Source of the DNA: Macrostomum lignano
Taxonomy: Eukaryota
Length of the DNA: 63,226 bases
Assembly: GCA_002269645.1 (NCBI GenBank)
Contig: NIVC01004041.1
Coordinates: 1-63,226, forward strand
Direction of reading: 5' to 3'
The position numbers were made by a program, and so were the translations under genes. How positions within the stretch are numbered: position 1 is the stretch's first letter; each line of letters begins with the position of its first letter. This document shows, in pieces, positions 41,851 to 63,226 of this stretch. The notes beneath the pieces were generated by a model. It searched no databases. It saw nothing but the letters and a program-made list of their open reading frames with translations, and was not told where the DNA came from.

Positions 41851-44800
41851 TATATGTTTCCCATAGTCAGGAAGGAGGCAAGTACATGCCAATTTTTCCC
41901 CTAACTTCTATGTGTATGCTAAGTGTATGCCAAAATTTGAGCCTGCAAGTTTTTATATGCCAAAAAATGAGTGTCTTAAACATATATACTGTTATTCTCT
42001 AGATAAGCCACTTTTTATTAAAACAATGTTAAAATTTGGAACCAAAAAAGCAAGAAAAATATATTTAAGCTGTCAAGCTGACCACAGTTGCTTAAAGTTT
42101 AAGTTTAGTAGCTGAGAGACATAGACATTATTTTTTGTTTTATTAATATAAATTGTACAATAAAAAATCTGGGTTGGGAAAAGTTCTAACATTCAAAGGT
42201 TTATCACGCTGTATTAATTATATTACATTAAATTCAAATGAATTATTTTCTTTATTTGTAAACTCGAGGAGTTGTAATTTATAATGGTCAAGTTCATACA
42301 TGTGCAACTGCTGGCCAACCTGGCTGATCAGGCCACCATAAATTGTGGTGGACCAGGAGTAAGTTGCAAAAATGCCTATCCCAAAGAATACAGACGTAGT
42401 GCTAATTAGATATTGAGGCATTTAGCCCTTATAAGAGAGTCAAAGTTACTCCTGCTGTTTACCCAAAATTGTGTTATGTTGCTCTAGGGTTTCTTTCATA
42501 GGTAAGTTGCATTTTTGGTCAAAAAGTAAGTTGCATGGCCAGTGTAAATCAGGGGGGTTGCACATGTATGGTCAAGTTAGGATAGTGAAACCTAGTTATA
42601 TCATTGATGCCAAATGCCAAAATTGGGTACAAGGTATGCCCCATAGTCAGGAAGGTGGCTTTTTTTCTCAAAAATTCCAGCGTGCATTGGCATAGTCAAA
42701 GATATTTGGCGTACATTTGGCATACATGGCATACCACGGTTTAGAAAAAGTATCCCATGGCATGCAATGGCGTGCACGACACACAATTATATGCCACGCC
42801 ATGGCGCGGTATTGTGGGTGGGGCCCTGCCCTGCCCACCTACAATATCCCAAATCCTGATGCATAAAATTTATTTTTAAAAAACTGTTTTTTTAAAACTG
42901 AAAAGGAAAGAAAAAATGTTTTTTCTGGTGCTAATTTTCTTTTGTTAAAGTCATTGAAATTTCAAGACAAAAGAAAACTTTGTTAAAGTTTGACTTTTAT
43001 ATTATTTTAAACTTCCATTATTATTTAAAAGATTATTATCGAAACTTCTGTTCATATGCACTACTACCCCCTACCCCCCCAGTCTGTCGGCATACCACTT
43101 ACCTACTGGATTCTGATCTCGGCATACACGGCGTACCACTTTTTTACCAACTTTTTATTCCGGCGTACCCGTGCCTATGGGCCATACATTACTAGGCCGA
43201 TGATATTTAGTGCAACCAAAAATAATATAACAGTCTTTAACTTTGTTTTGCATTGTTAAAACTTCATTCAAAATTTGTTAAATTTGAAAAATAATTAAAT
43301 GTACAAAAGTAGAGGATTGCCTAGACACCTTCCTGATAGTGGCAAATTTATAACAATGTTTAGTTTAGGCCTATATAATGATTATATTAAATTCAAAAAA
43401 GTATTTTATAGCAATAATAAATCTATAAATATAAACATATAAATATATAAATATCTATAAATATACTAGACATATATGCATTTTACATTATTATGAGAAT
43501 CATGAGATCATATTATATAATTTATAGGCTTATTAGGCCTAAAAATAGGCCCCATATCAATGGCTATCATCATGGCATGTTTTAACTTTTAAGCAATCAA
43601 ATAGTTCAAATTCATTTCTATAGTCATTAGGAATTATATAGGACTCCTAGCATCATTAGAAGTGTCTCATGTATTTTAGCGATTGGTATTAAGTTTTAAA
43701 GGTAAAACCCTGGCGAAACCGAAGCCGAAGTTATGCCTGATTTCAAAATCAATAGAATCTAGTAGAAGTAGGTGATCCAACTTTTTCTACTTAGCATACT
43801 GACATTATGAATTAAATATATAATTTACTGGGCTTTGCAACAGTCAAGAAAATGCATATATGCATATATGTAAATTAAAACTGACATATACCCTCACGGT
43901 TTGGGTTTGGTTTGGTAACGATTTGTAACGCATTCGATTTCTTCGATGTTATGCAATCTGAAAGGGTGCGCTTATTGGTTTAGATTAAAACAAGCTATTA
44001 ATTTGAAGGTAAAAAATATACAACTTAATTTTACAAATAGACTTAAGAAGGTTAAATATTTTTATATTATTTATCTTGCAAATTTTGATAGCTAACACAC
44101 TACGTTCGTATACCCATTACACTCATGTAAAGCACGGTGCAATCCGTGTTATTGTGATATACGCGATGCTACAGAATATAAAGTAGTATTTCAATATTTC
44201 TTTGGTTAGGGTAGAATTTTTATAGTTTATTGACTGTGTATCAAAATGTGTAACAGAATGACGAAATGATTGAATAAAACCAAATGAATGATTCGAGCTG
44301 TGCCTTTTTAGAGTTTTACTAGGACTTGTACGATTGTACCAATGATTATAAAATTACCAAATTATCTTAACTTTATAAACAGAAAAGCGCTATGAATAAG
44401 AGCTACATGTATAGAAGAAGGCAAGACATATCTAGAAGATGAACATTGGGTCTGCAGCTCCCACCAAAACATGATAACAATTTTGAACTAAAAATGAAAA
44501 CTCCCTATCTCCGTAAGTATTTTTGATAAAGCCTACCACCTAAAATTTCATAGAAACATAGTTTCCCGTCAATAGCTTCCCCTGATTCTTTCCTATCCTC
44601 TGATCCCTTCCCATCCTTCAGATTTCTCTCACTATATAGGATCCCTCTTCTGGTACGCTCGTAGTTGCGTCTTAGACTTTGCTCACATATATATATACAT
44701 GTGCATGATAACATGAGCAAAGTACATGTAAAGTTGACAATGATACTACATGTACATGTACTAGACATGCAGTAACACCTGCACTCCAAGAGCTACTATA

Positions 44801-45313
44801 GACATGCAGCTAAGGATATTAAAACCACATTTCAAACTGCACATCATTATTCATTCAAGTAGTTCCATTTTGCACTGCAATCGTTATTAATTCATTTCAA
44901 ATTTGAATGATTTCGAGAGAACAGAAAAATTGCCAATCTTTATTGTCAACCGCAGCTAATGTACCGCGAGCTGTTTTATCAAGCAGCTGTGCTTTGATTG
45001 ATGAAAATGCCAACTGAAGACGGCATTTGAAGTTATTACATTTTAATTAAATTCTGTATTCGAATCTTACAGAAGAGAATGCATGGGTGAATGCATGAAT
45101 GCATGAACTAGCTGCATGGGTGACTTTTTACATGTACATGTAGAGAAAAGATTTGAAGTTATTTATGCTTGTAGATGCTTATATAGCTAGTTATATATAG
45201 GTTCGACCAGTGCTGCATGAACACACATGCAGGCTTGAAATAAGCTCTGAGATTGAGAGGCAATTAAGCTCGAGTGGCGCGCGCGCGCTCACATGTGATG
45301 GAAAGAAGAGATG

Positions 45314-45848
45314 TGAGTCATCCTGGTTCTTCGGAAAGTTGAGCAAGAATTAAGGGATCTGTACGTGCGTCACCTCTGCATTGCTCTGATTTACAGCTGC
45401 GCATGACTGGAGTGTACAGCTGCTCCATTTCAGCCTTAATTTAGCATGAAAAGGGGCTATAATATATTGCCTATGACGCGCGCTTGAGAAGTTTTTTTGG
45501 CTTGATCAATTAGTTAATATATTAATTGGGGCAAGAAGGCTGAATGGACACTAGCGGGCACGCTTTGATCAATTCGGAGCTATATAAATGGGTAAAGGCG
45601 ATTAGGGATATTCGGATATCTGGATAGCTAGGAGGATCATCATAACTACAGGTAAAGTCGAATTAGAAAAGTCAGTTCGGGAAAATATAGAGAAAAATGG
45701 AGTGACTGAGTGACGGAGTACGTGAGTGAGTGAGTGAGTGACTGCGTGAGTTAATGAGCGTGTTAACGAGTTCATAAATGCAGAATGAGTCACTTGAGTC
45801 AGTCAGCTGTCAATTCATGAGTAAATTCAAGCCAGATCTCATGAGTCA
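45314..45848. promoter_or_regulatory. Cluster of four AP-1-type TGAGTCA words in the intergenic region between the divergent genes
   Basis: TGAGTCA at 45314, 45786, 45795 and 45842; sits in a decayed (TGAG)n tract, so function is unproven. Confidence 0.3.
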
Positions 45849-46319
45849 TAGTTGATGAGGCCGATTCATGATGCGGCGTTTTCTCCTGAGATCAGACATG
45901 GCTAAACCGCTCGTATAAATAATTTTACCAAGCATCCTTCAGTATTTATTATTCGACCAACGAACGTACACAACTAACAATATAATCTCATAATCCTTCT
46001 TGGGTGTACAGGCACGCATCAAACGGTTGAGTATACTATATACTAGCCCAGAAGGCACGATCCGAAATGCCACTCATGTGGAGGAGAGATATGATGGTGC
46101 AGGTTCCGGGGCTGCAGCATCTCTGCTGTTGGCTTGATTAAGTTACACTTCACTGTGGAAACTCCTGCGTACAAAAATAGCTCTGAATTCGTCAGATAAT
46201 GAATCCAAATGACATTTTGATAGATGCAAGCATGAATTAATGTTGCACTGGCGAAAGTTGTAAATGGCTTGAAACCCATCCTATCCCATCTCATCTCTAT
46301 CATCTCCATGAGGTGGAAG

Positions 46320-46716
46320 GCGCCAGCACCAGAGGCTCCAGCACCAGAGGCGCCAGCACCAGAGGCGCCAGCACCAGAGGCGCCAGCACCAGAGGCGCCA
46401 GCACCAGAGGCGCCAGCACCAGAGGCGCCAGCACCAGAGGCGCCAGCACCAGAGGCGCCAGCACCAGAGGCGCCAGCACCAGAGGCGCCAGCACCAGAGG
46501 CGCCAGCACCAGAGGCGCCAGCACCAGAGGCGCCAGCACCAGAGGCGCCAGCACCAGAGGCGCCAGCACCAGAGGCGCCAGCACCAGAGGCGCCAGCACC
46601 AGAGGCGCCAGCACCAGAGGCGCCAGCACCAGAGGCGCCAGCACCAGAGGCGCCAGCACCAGAGGCGCCAGCACCAGAGGCGCCAGCACCAGAGGCGCCA
46701 GCACCAGAGGCGCCAG
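46320..46716. repeat. Near-perfect 15-bp minisatellite (gcgccagcaccagag) x~26
   Basis: One variant unit; no stop codons in any frame, hence the overlapping ORFs. Confidence 0.98.
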
Positions 46717-47359
46717 AAGTCGGAGTTCTCAAGAAAATTTTTACAACCAGAAAGTCTTGCATGTAGTTCTGATTTAAAGGGGTAAATAACATTCAATAAT
46801 TGTGTAGCTAACAACTTTCCATCAGTACAGAACAATATCCATTATTATATTTTTTACATCGCTACTATGTAAGGTAGCAATTTCTAAACGAAGTGCCTCG
46901 CTTTGCTTTTACATGTACATTCCTGCATTAGAAGTCCCTGAGACTCCCTGGGAGAATTTCTACAGTATGCCAGTAGCTATAGTAGCAGTTAATAGCACTT
47001 AGCAAAAGCAGCACACATGCACACAATGGCATGTTGATAAAGGTACAACAATAAAATCGCTTAACAAGAGCAACAGTGACGGCAAAACAGAGAGAGGAAA
47101 GACAGACAGAGAGAGAGAGGGACGAATGGAAAGCAGCTCAAACCAAGGAGATCTTAAATAAATAGAAGTCTGGATTGTCAACGCAAAAGGTTTACTAGCT
47201 CAATATTATTGGATTTGATTCAGCCTAGCTTTTATTAACTTTGAATTCCACTGACTCTTTTTATGCTGAGTAAACTCACCATGGACTCATTGGATAAATT
47301 TGTGATTGGTAGTCTTGATATCAAATAAAACTAAAAGTCTAAAAATTTTGATACTTTCA

Positions 47360-48260
47360 CCCATTCACCGATTTCTCACTGATTCACTGAGTTCTCACTG
47401 ATTCACTGAGTTCTCACCGATTCACTGAGTTCTCACCGATTCACTGAGTTCTCACCGATTCACTGGTTTCTCGCCGATTCACTGGTTGATCACTGATTCA
47501 CTGATTTCTCACCGATTCACTGATTTCTGACTGATTCACTGAAATCTCACTGATGCACTGATTTCTCACTGATTTCTCACCGATTCACTTTGATCATAGA
47601 TTCACTGGTTTCTCACTGATTCACTGATTTCTCACCGATTCACTGATTTCTGACTGATTCACTGAAATCTCACTGATGCACTGATTTCTCACTGATTTCT
47701 CACCGATTCACTTTGATCATAGATTCACTGGTTTCTCACCGATTCACTGAGTTCTCATCGATTCACTGATTTCTCACTGATGCACTGATTTCTCACTGAT
47801 TTCTCACCGATTCACTTTGATCATAGATTCACTGGTTTCTCACCGATTCACTGAGTTCTCATCGATTCACTGATTTCTCACTGATTTCTCACTGATTTCT
47901 CACCGATTCACTGAGTTCTCACCGATTCACTGAGTTCTCACTGACTCACTGAGTTCTCACCGATTCACTGAGTTCTCACCGATTCACTGAGTTCTCACCG
48001 TTTCACTGAGTTCTCACCGATTCACTGAGTTCTCACCGATTCACTGAGTTCTCACCGATTCACTGAGTTCTCACCGATTCACTGAGTTCTCACCGATTCA
48101 CTGAGTTCTCACCGATTCACTGAGTTCTCACCGATTCACTGGTTTCTCGCCGATTCACTGGTTGATCACTGATTTACTGAGTTGTCACAGATTCACCGAT
48201 TTCTCATTGATTCACCGATTTCTCATTGATTCACTGATTTCTCATTTATTCACCAACTGC
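47360..48260. repeat. 19-bp minisatellite (gattcactgagttctcacc)
   Basis: Direct reading. Confidence 0.95.
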
Positions 48261-48595
48261 TCACCCTATACTTACATGTAATACTATTTTTCCAATAAAC
48301 AACCAAAAAACATTTCAACCAATCTCACAATTCACCAAGTATGTCCCAATTGACCAACTATACAATTAACAATGGTTTTTCTGTACGAACAAACAAAATT
48401 TTGTGTCGGGGGGGGGGCTTTTGCTGGGTGTGGGGAATTAAAAGACAGACCTGCTATAACTAGACATTTATAAAAAGGTTGGCCTTGGCCATACCAATGA
48501 ATGATTGGTACTCGTATTGGTAGCGACCGCTCGCTGTATAAAAATAATCGATATTTATAATTTCTATACGTAGAAGAGCTACGGTTTATCGACCA

Positions 48596-58478
<9,883 letters not shown>

Positions 58479-58590
58479 TTGGATCGTAGCTGAAGACTCT
58501 TGGTAATGTTTGTGATCAAAAAGTAAAGGAACAAAAATATTGTTTGTCAGAATGAGTCTGCAGTTCGATTTTTAGTCTTCGTTGCAAAGT

Positions 58591-58596
58591 AATAAA
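58591..58596 (+). terminator. Candidate polyadenylation signal (AATAAA) for the NPxTG-repeat gene
   Basis: About 113 nt after the stop codon. Confidence 0.4.
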
Positions 58597-60361
58597 TTCT
58601 TCTAACCGCTTCGCCTATGTTATATATAGCTACACTTAAATTTTCGAACATGAAAGCTTTTATCTGCAAAGTTCCATTACAAAGGACAGAGGGGCATCCA
58701 CTGCTACGGTAATACGCCTGTTTACACCGCAAACAGCAATTCCATTTAAGTTGAGCCTAGTTGACAAAAGTTTAATCCTCTTTCCTCAAATCAAATCACA
58801 CAGATCCGTTATCATGATCTTTTTTGTAAACTAGACCGTACTGTATAAAAGTAACAATAAATATCATTAATTTCTCCGGTGTTGGTAAACCTTCCGCTTT
58901 ATAGGCATAAACGAAAACAAAATACTTCACCTATTAGATAATTGTCTAGACAGTATATCAGCTTTTATTGGCGTCGTGCTTTTGAGCAGCTTTATTTGTT
59001 TTTAACTCGCTCACATTTCATACTTCAGCTTCCAGTTTAATTTGTTTTATTTAGTGTTTTTTTGTTATAAACGGTTCGAATTATCGGCGTTTCGATTTTT
59101 AAAGCTTTTCTAATTTTAACTTTTTCTGCTGATTTGCTTTTGGCAATAGCTAATATACATTTTTAAATGCAATTTTTATTTGAATTCTATTCAAGGCTGG
59201 TTGTTCACTACCTACTGAATCACTGCATAAGTATAAATAATTCTGCTTCCTACTCCTTCCAAACAAACAAAATATATAAATTTATTGTTTGTTTGTTTGT
59301 TTGTTTGTTTGTTAAAACAAAACAAATTGTTTGTTAAATTATATCTGCTGAACAATTAGTAAACTTTTATGATATTTTTAAATGCTGCTATTTATTTGCT
59401 AATTTTTATAGTGTTGTAGGCTGTACTACTGTAACGTATTTCTTAGCCAGTTTTTGATTAAATTTTCTCTAAGCGCTGCGCTGTAGCTTTAATTAACCGC
59501 CTTTTTTGTTTCAAACTTTTCACTCGATGTTAAAGTTTATTATGGCGAACATTCTATTAATACGCTTTGCTGTTCAAACTTTAATAAATTGGCGTGAAAT
59601 AAAACAAAATTATATATTTTATTAAATATCGCTTCTGGGTTTCCAAAATTTACAACTTAGTTTTAAAAGCAAAAACAAACAAACAAAGGAGCTTCGTTCT
59701 ACATTACTGAAAGTAGATAAGCGCATGCAAATTATGCTGCTCACCCTTTTAGGACATTAGGACAGACGCTCTCTTAATATTTAATGTTGCGAAAAAAAAA
59801 CAAAAATAGCTATTTATAGCTATAAATCGAGCTTAAATGAGCGGAAAACGTGCTCTCGGCTGAATGTCCGTCGGTACAGTTATAATAAATTCAACTATTG
59901 AATTTATTAATTAGTTTATTAATAATTTATTAATTACTAGTAGTAAATGCTACTTGCTGGAAATTGGCATTCGAATTCTATGATTCCAAAATCCGATTTG
60001 AGAACAATAATCAGAACTGAAGCAGTCTATAGCTAATATCTGAATCTATAACAGTCTACATGTACGCTCGCAGATTGAGTGTAGTTAACATGTAGAATAG
60101 TAAGAATTACCACATAGAAATAATAAATTTCGAAGATCTACATGTACTGTAACTGCAAAATTAAAAAAGTAGATGTACTTTAGTTAACAAAAGATTATAA
60201 CAATAATATCTTTATTGTTAACGTTAAAAATATCGTCGAAACAAACATATCGATCACTTTCATAAGCTTCACATCTCGTCAAAATCGTCGAAGTCGTTTG
60301 AGTTGTGAGATACTGGACAAGTAAGACACTAGATCTTTGACAATGTGAAACTTCGCACTTG

Positions 60362-60635
60362 GCGCCCCTTGGTGCTATAAAGCCCCTTGGTGCTAAAGCC
60401 CCTTGGTGCTAAAAGCCCCTTGGTGCTAAAGCCCTTGGTGCTAAAGCCCCTTGGTGCTAAAGCCCCTTGGTGCTAAAGCCCCTTGGTGCTAAAGCCCCTT
60501 GGTGCTAAAGCCCCTTGGTGCTAAAGCCCTTGGTGCTAAAGCCCTTGGTGCTAAAGCCCCTTGGTGCTAAAGCCCTTGGTGCTAAAGCCCCTTGGTGCTA
60601 AAGCCCCTTGGTGCTAAAGCCCATTGGTGCTAAAG
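60362..60635. repeat. 15-16-bp minisatellite (gccccttggtgctaaa)
   Basis: About 17 copies. Confidence 0.96.
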
Positions 60636-60689
60636 CAATAAAGAAACTTGGCAACGCCCCTGAACAAATCTGTCAGTTATATAGATTAC

Positions 60690-61036
60690 AATAAATTAAG
60701 ACTGCAAAATAAATTAAGACTGCAAAATAAATTAAGACTGCAAAATAAATTAAGACTGCAAAATAAATTAAGACTGCAAAATAAATTAAGACTGCAAAAT
60801 AAATTAAGACTGCAAAATAAATTAAGACTGCAAAATAAATTAAGACTGCAAAATAAATTAAGACTGCAAAATAAATTAAGACTGCAAAATAAATTAAGAC
60901 TGCAAAATAAATTAAGACTGCAAAATAAATTAAGACTGCAAAATAAATTAAGACTGCAAAATAAATTAAGACTGCAAAATAAATTAAGATCAATCATAAG
61001 GTCTTAATTGATTTTGCAGTCTTAATTTATTTTGCA
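60690..61036. repeat. 18-bp minisatellite (aaaataaattaagactgc) x~16 plus two inverted copies at 61001-61036
   Basis: Direct reading. Confidence 0.95.
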
Positions 61037-63226
61037 CCACGGTGCAGATAAATGCCGCTACCTCCTCGTGGTGAGAGTGGAGAGCCGCGCTTAACTGCTG
61101 GCGCGGCCAAATGCGGCAGGACCAAAGCGAGGGCAGCGGAGCGCGCGTCGGCGAGTTGAACGCCGTCGCGAGCGAAACTGGCGAGGTCGGCAACGTGGCG
61201 CGCCCGCCGAGCTGCTGCTGCGCTGGCCCAATTGGATCTTCCGGGTGGCGCCGGGGACCATGAGGCTCACCAGCATCGAGCCCCAGCCGTACCAGAGGGC
61301 ACGCTTCGGGTCGGGACGCTGAACTGCCGCACTCTCAAGGCCACATGGCGGAGAGGGCTGCTGGCGAGGCTAGCGCTCGACCTCAGCTGTGATGTCATCG
61401 CACTACAGGAGGTGTCTATCAGAGCCGACCGGACTTCACTGTGAGGACCTGGGCGCCGGTTGGACACTCTGGTACACCTCAGCGGATGAGCGAGGCCGTG
61501 GAGGAGTTGGAGCGCTGATCGGACCGAGGCTGCAGCAAGCTGTCGCTGCATCTCCCTGTCTTCTCGGCTGCTTCGGGTCGACGTCCGGCTTCGGCGGCCG
61601 GAACACCGCGCCTGTTCTGCGCGTATGCGCCGCCTGCTACCCGCTCCGATGAGGCTCAGGCCTTCTTCGAGCAACTCTCGTGCGGGTGGAGGAGAATGGC
61701 GCAACGTGACACAGTGGTCATTCTCGGAGACCTGAACGCAGTTCTGCGTAGGTCCGAGCGATCGCTGTTTGTGACAGGCGCGAGAACGGCAACACCGAGC
61801 GCTAGAGGACTTCCTGGAGAGACAGGACATGGTGTCGGCCAACACCAGATTCCGCAAGTCACCGGGCAGGCTCGCGACCTTCGTGGGCTGCAAGCGGAGG
61901 CGGCGGAACGCGCGCGGCCGGAAACGCTACGCGGAGGCTGGCACAGCTCGACCACGTGCTTGTGCGCTTTCGTGAGCGCCCGCCGCGTCACCAACTGCCA
62001 CACCATTACGCCGCTGGCTCTGCGGTCCGACCATCGGCTGCTCATCTGCGACCTTCGGCTTCGGGACCCGCTCTACCGTCCGCCAAAGCGGCCACCGCGG
62101 CGCTACTACCGCGCGCTCAGGGACGCCGAGACGCGACGTCGCTTGCCGGTGCCTTTGTCACTGCGCTGGGCGACAAGCGTGGAGGAGCCGAGTACGCGAG
62201 GTGAGCGCTGGCAGTTCGAGCCGCTGCGGAGCAAGCAGTCCCGCTGATCGACCGCCCAGCGCGGGCAGCCGTCTGGCAGGACGACCCGCGATCGACGAAG
62301 CGAGGGAAGATCTGGAGAGGCTCCGACTGAGTGGGCGGCAACTCGCGAGGCGGAGGAGGCTCTGGCGGCTGTCTACCTGCAGCGGCAGCAGTCCGCTGTC
62401 GATGACGCCATCCAAGCCGTCTCTGCGCAGGGCCGATGCCAGAGGGCGCTTGGCCTGGTCCGCCATCAACACTCTGACGGGGCGAAAGCGGCGCATCGCG
62501 CTCAACCTGGCAGGCGACACTCCGGATGAGCGCAGGAACGAGCTGCGCGAGTTCTTCGCCGCCATTGTCAACGCGCGCCCGCCTCCGCTTCCAGAAAATC
62601 TGAGGCTGCCGCCGGAGACGCCGTTGCCGGCGGAGGAGAGCTTCAATGTTGCCCCAGTCAGCACAGCCGACGTTGTGAAGTTCGCTCGGCAGTCGCCGGG
62701 CGGCAAAGCGCTTGTCCGGACGAGGTGCCCACCGAGGCGCTGCGGATCCACTGCGTGGCCACTGAGGTCGCCAGAGTGATGAACCGCGTGCTTTTCGGTG
62801 AGGTGGCGCCAAACGAATGGACCACGGCGCAACATCGTCGCCATTCCAAAGAAGCCGGGCACCCAAAGCTCGAGGAGCATCGAGCATCTGCCTACAGTCC
62901 TGCGCCGCGAAGCTGTTCAACCGCATGCTGCTATCGCGGTTACAGCCTGTGCTGGACCCGTACCTGCGACCTGAGCAGACGGATTCCGGCCCCATCGCGG
63001 CACAGTGACGCAGATCCTGGCTCTTCGACGAGTCATCGAGGAGGCGCGCATCCGCCAGTTGACCCTGATCCTGATCTTCGTCGATTTCAGGAAGGCTTTC
63101 GACTCGGTCGTGAGGGACGCGCTCCAGAGGTGCTCCGTGCGTACAACGTGCCAGAGCTGCTGATTTCTGCTGTCATGGCGCTGTACCACGGCACGACGGC
63201 TGCTGTCTCAACACCGGACGGCCTAT
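61037..63226 (+). mobile_element. Non-LTR retrotransposon (LINE) with AP endonuclease and reverse transcriptase; truncated by the window edge
   Basis: APE motifs LRVGTLNCRTL, DVIALQEV, VILGDLNA, LDHVLV, RSDHRLLICD. RT N-terminal motifs IVAIPKK, KLFNRMLLSRLQPVLDPYLRPEQ.GFRP, QILALRRVIEE, FVDFRKAFDSV. Many single-base frameshifts; CpG-rich. Confidence 0.93.

Noticed and set aside
42218-42421. Second transposase fragment on the minus strand
   Set aside because: No recognisable catalytic motif in any frame.
46043-46835. GASGA / APAPE / WRLWC / LAPLV / RGAST proteins
   Set aside because: All are frames of one 15-bp array lacking stop codons.
60648-61007. (LQNKLR)n coiled-coil protein
   Set aside because: It is the translation of the 18-bp satellite.

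Overview
Eukaryotic (metazoan) genomic DNA with GT-AG introns, most of them filled by a different micro- or minisatellite. The style resembles a free-living flatworm such as Macrostomum (inference only). Nearly all long ORFs in the supplied track are satellite artefacts; real genes had to be rebuilt exon by exon. Minus strand, in tandem: a 12-exon type I PI4P 5-kinase (39670->22714), a weakly supported gene with cyclic-nucleotide-binding-like segments (~20800->12318), a 9-exon voltage-gated proton channel of the Hv family (11761->1653), and a zinc-finger/coiled-coil/beta-propeller-like (TRIM-NHL-like) ORF with frame lesions (1121->window edge). Plus strand, divergent from PIP5K: a 14-exon gene (48596->58478) for a ~520-aa low-complexity protein with about ten NP(I/L)TG repeats, an SxIP motif and a C-terminal EEETF. 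Mobile DNA: a CpG-depleted Merlin/ISXO2 transposase relic (41.2-41.85 kb), a tRNA-derived CORE-like SINE and an RTE-like RT relic in one intron (53.0-54.4 kb), and a CpG-rich APE+RT LINE at the right end (61.04 kb onward). Best leads: (1) the Hv channel keeps the selectivity Asp but lacks the first S4 Arg and has a ~105-aa S1-S2 loop; (2) the Jupiter-like repeat protein is built from 11 consecutive symmetric phase-1 exons; (3) local evidence of CpG-deamination decay of transposons. Several 1-nt indels look like long-read consensus errors. All homology calls come from motif recognition by eye, not database searches.
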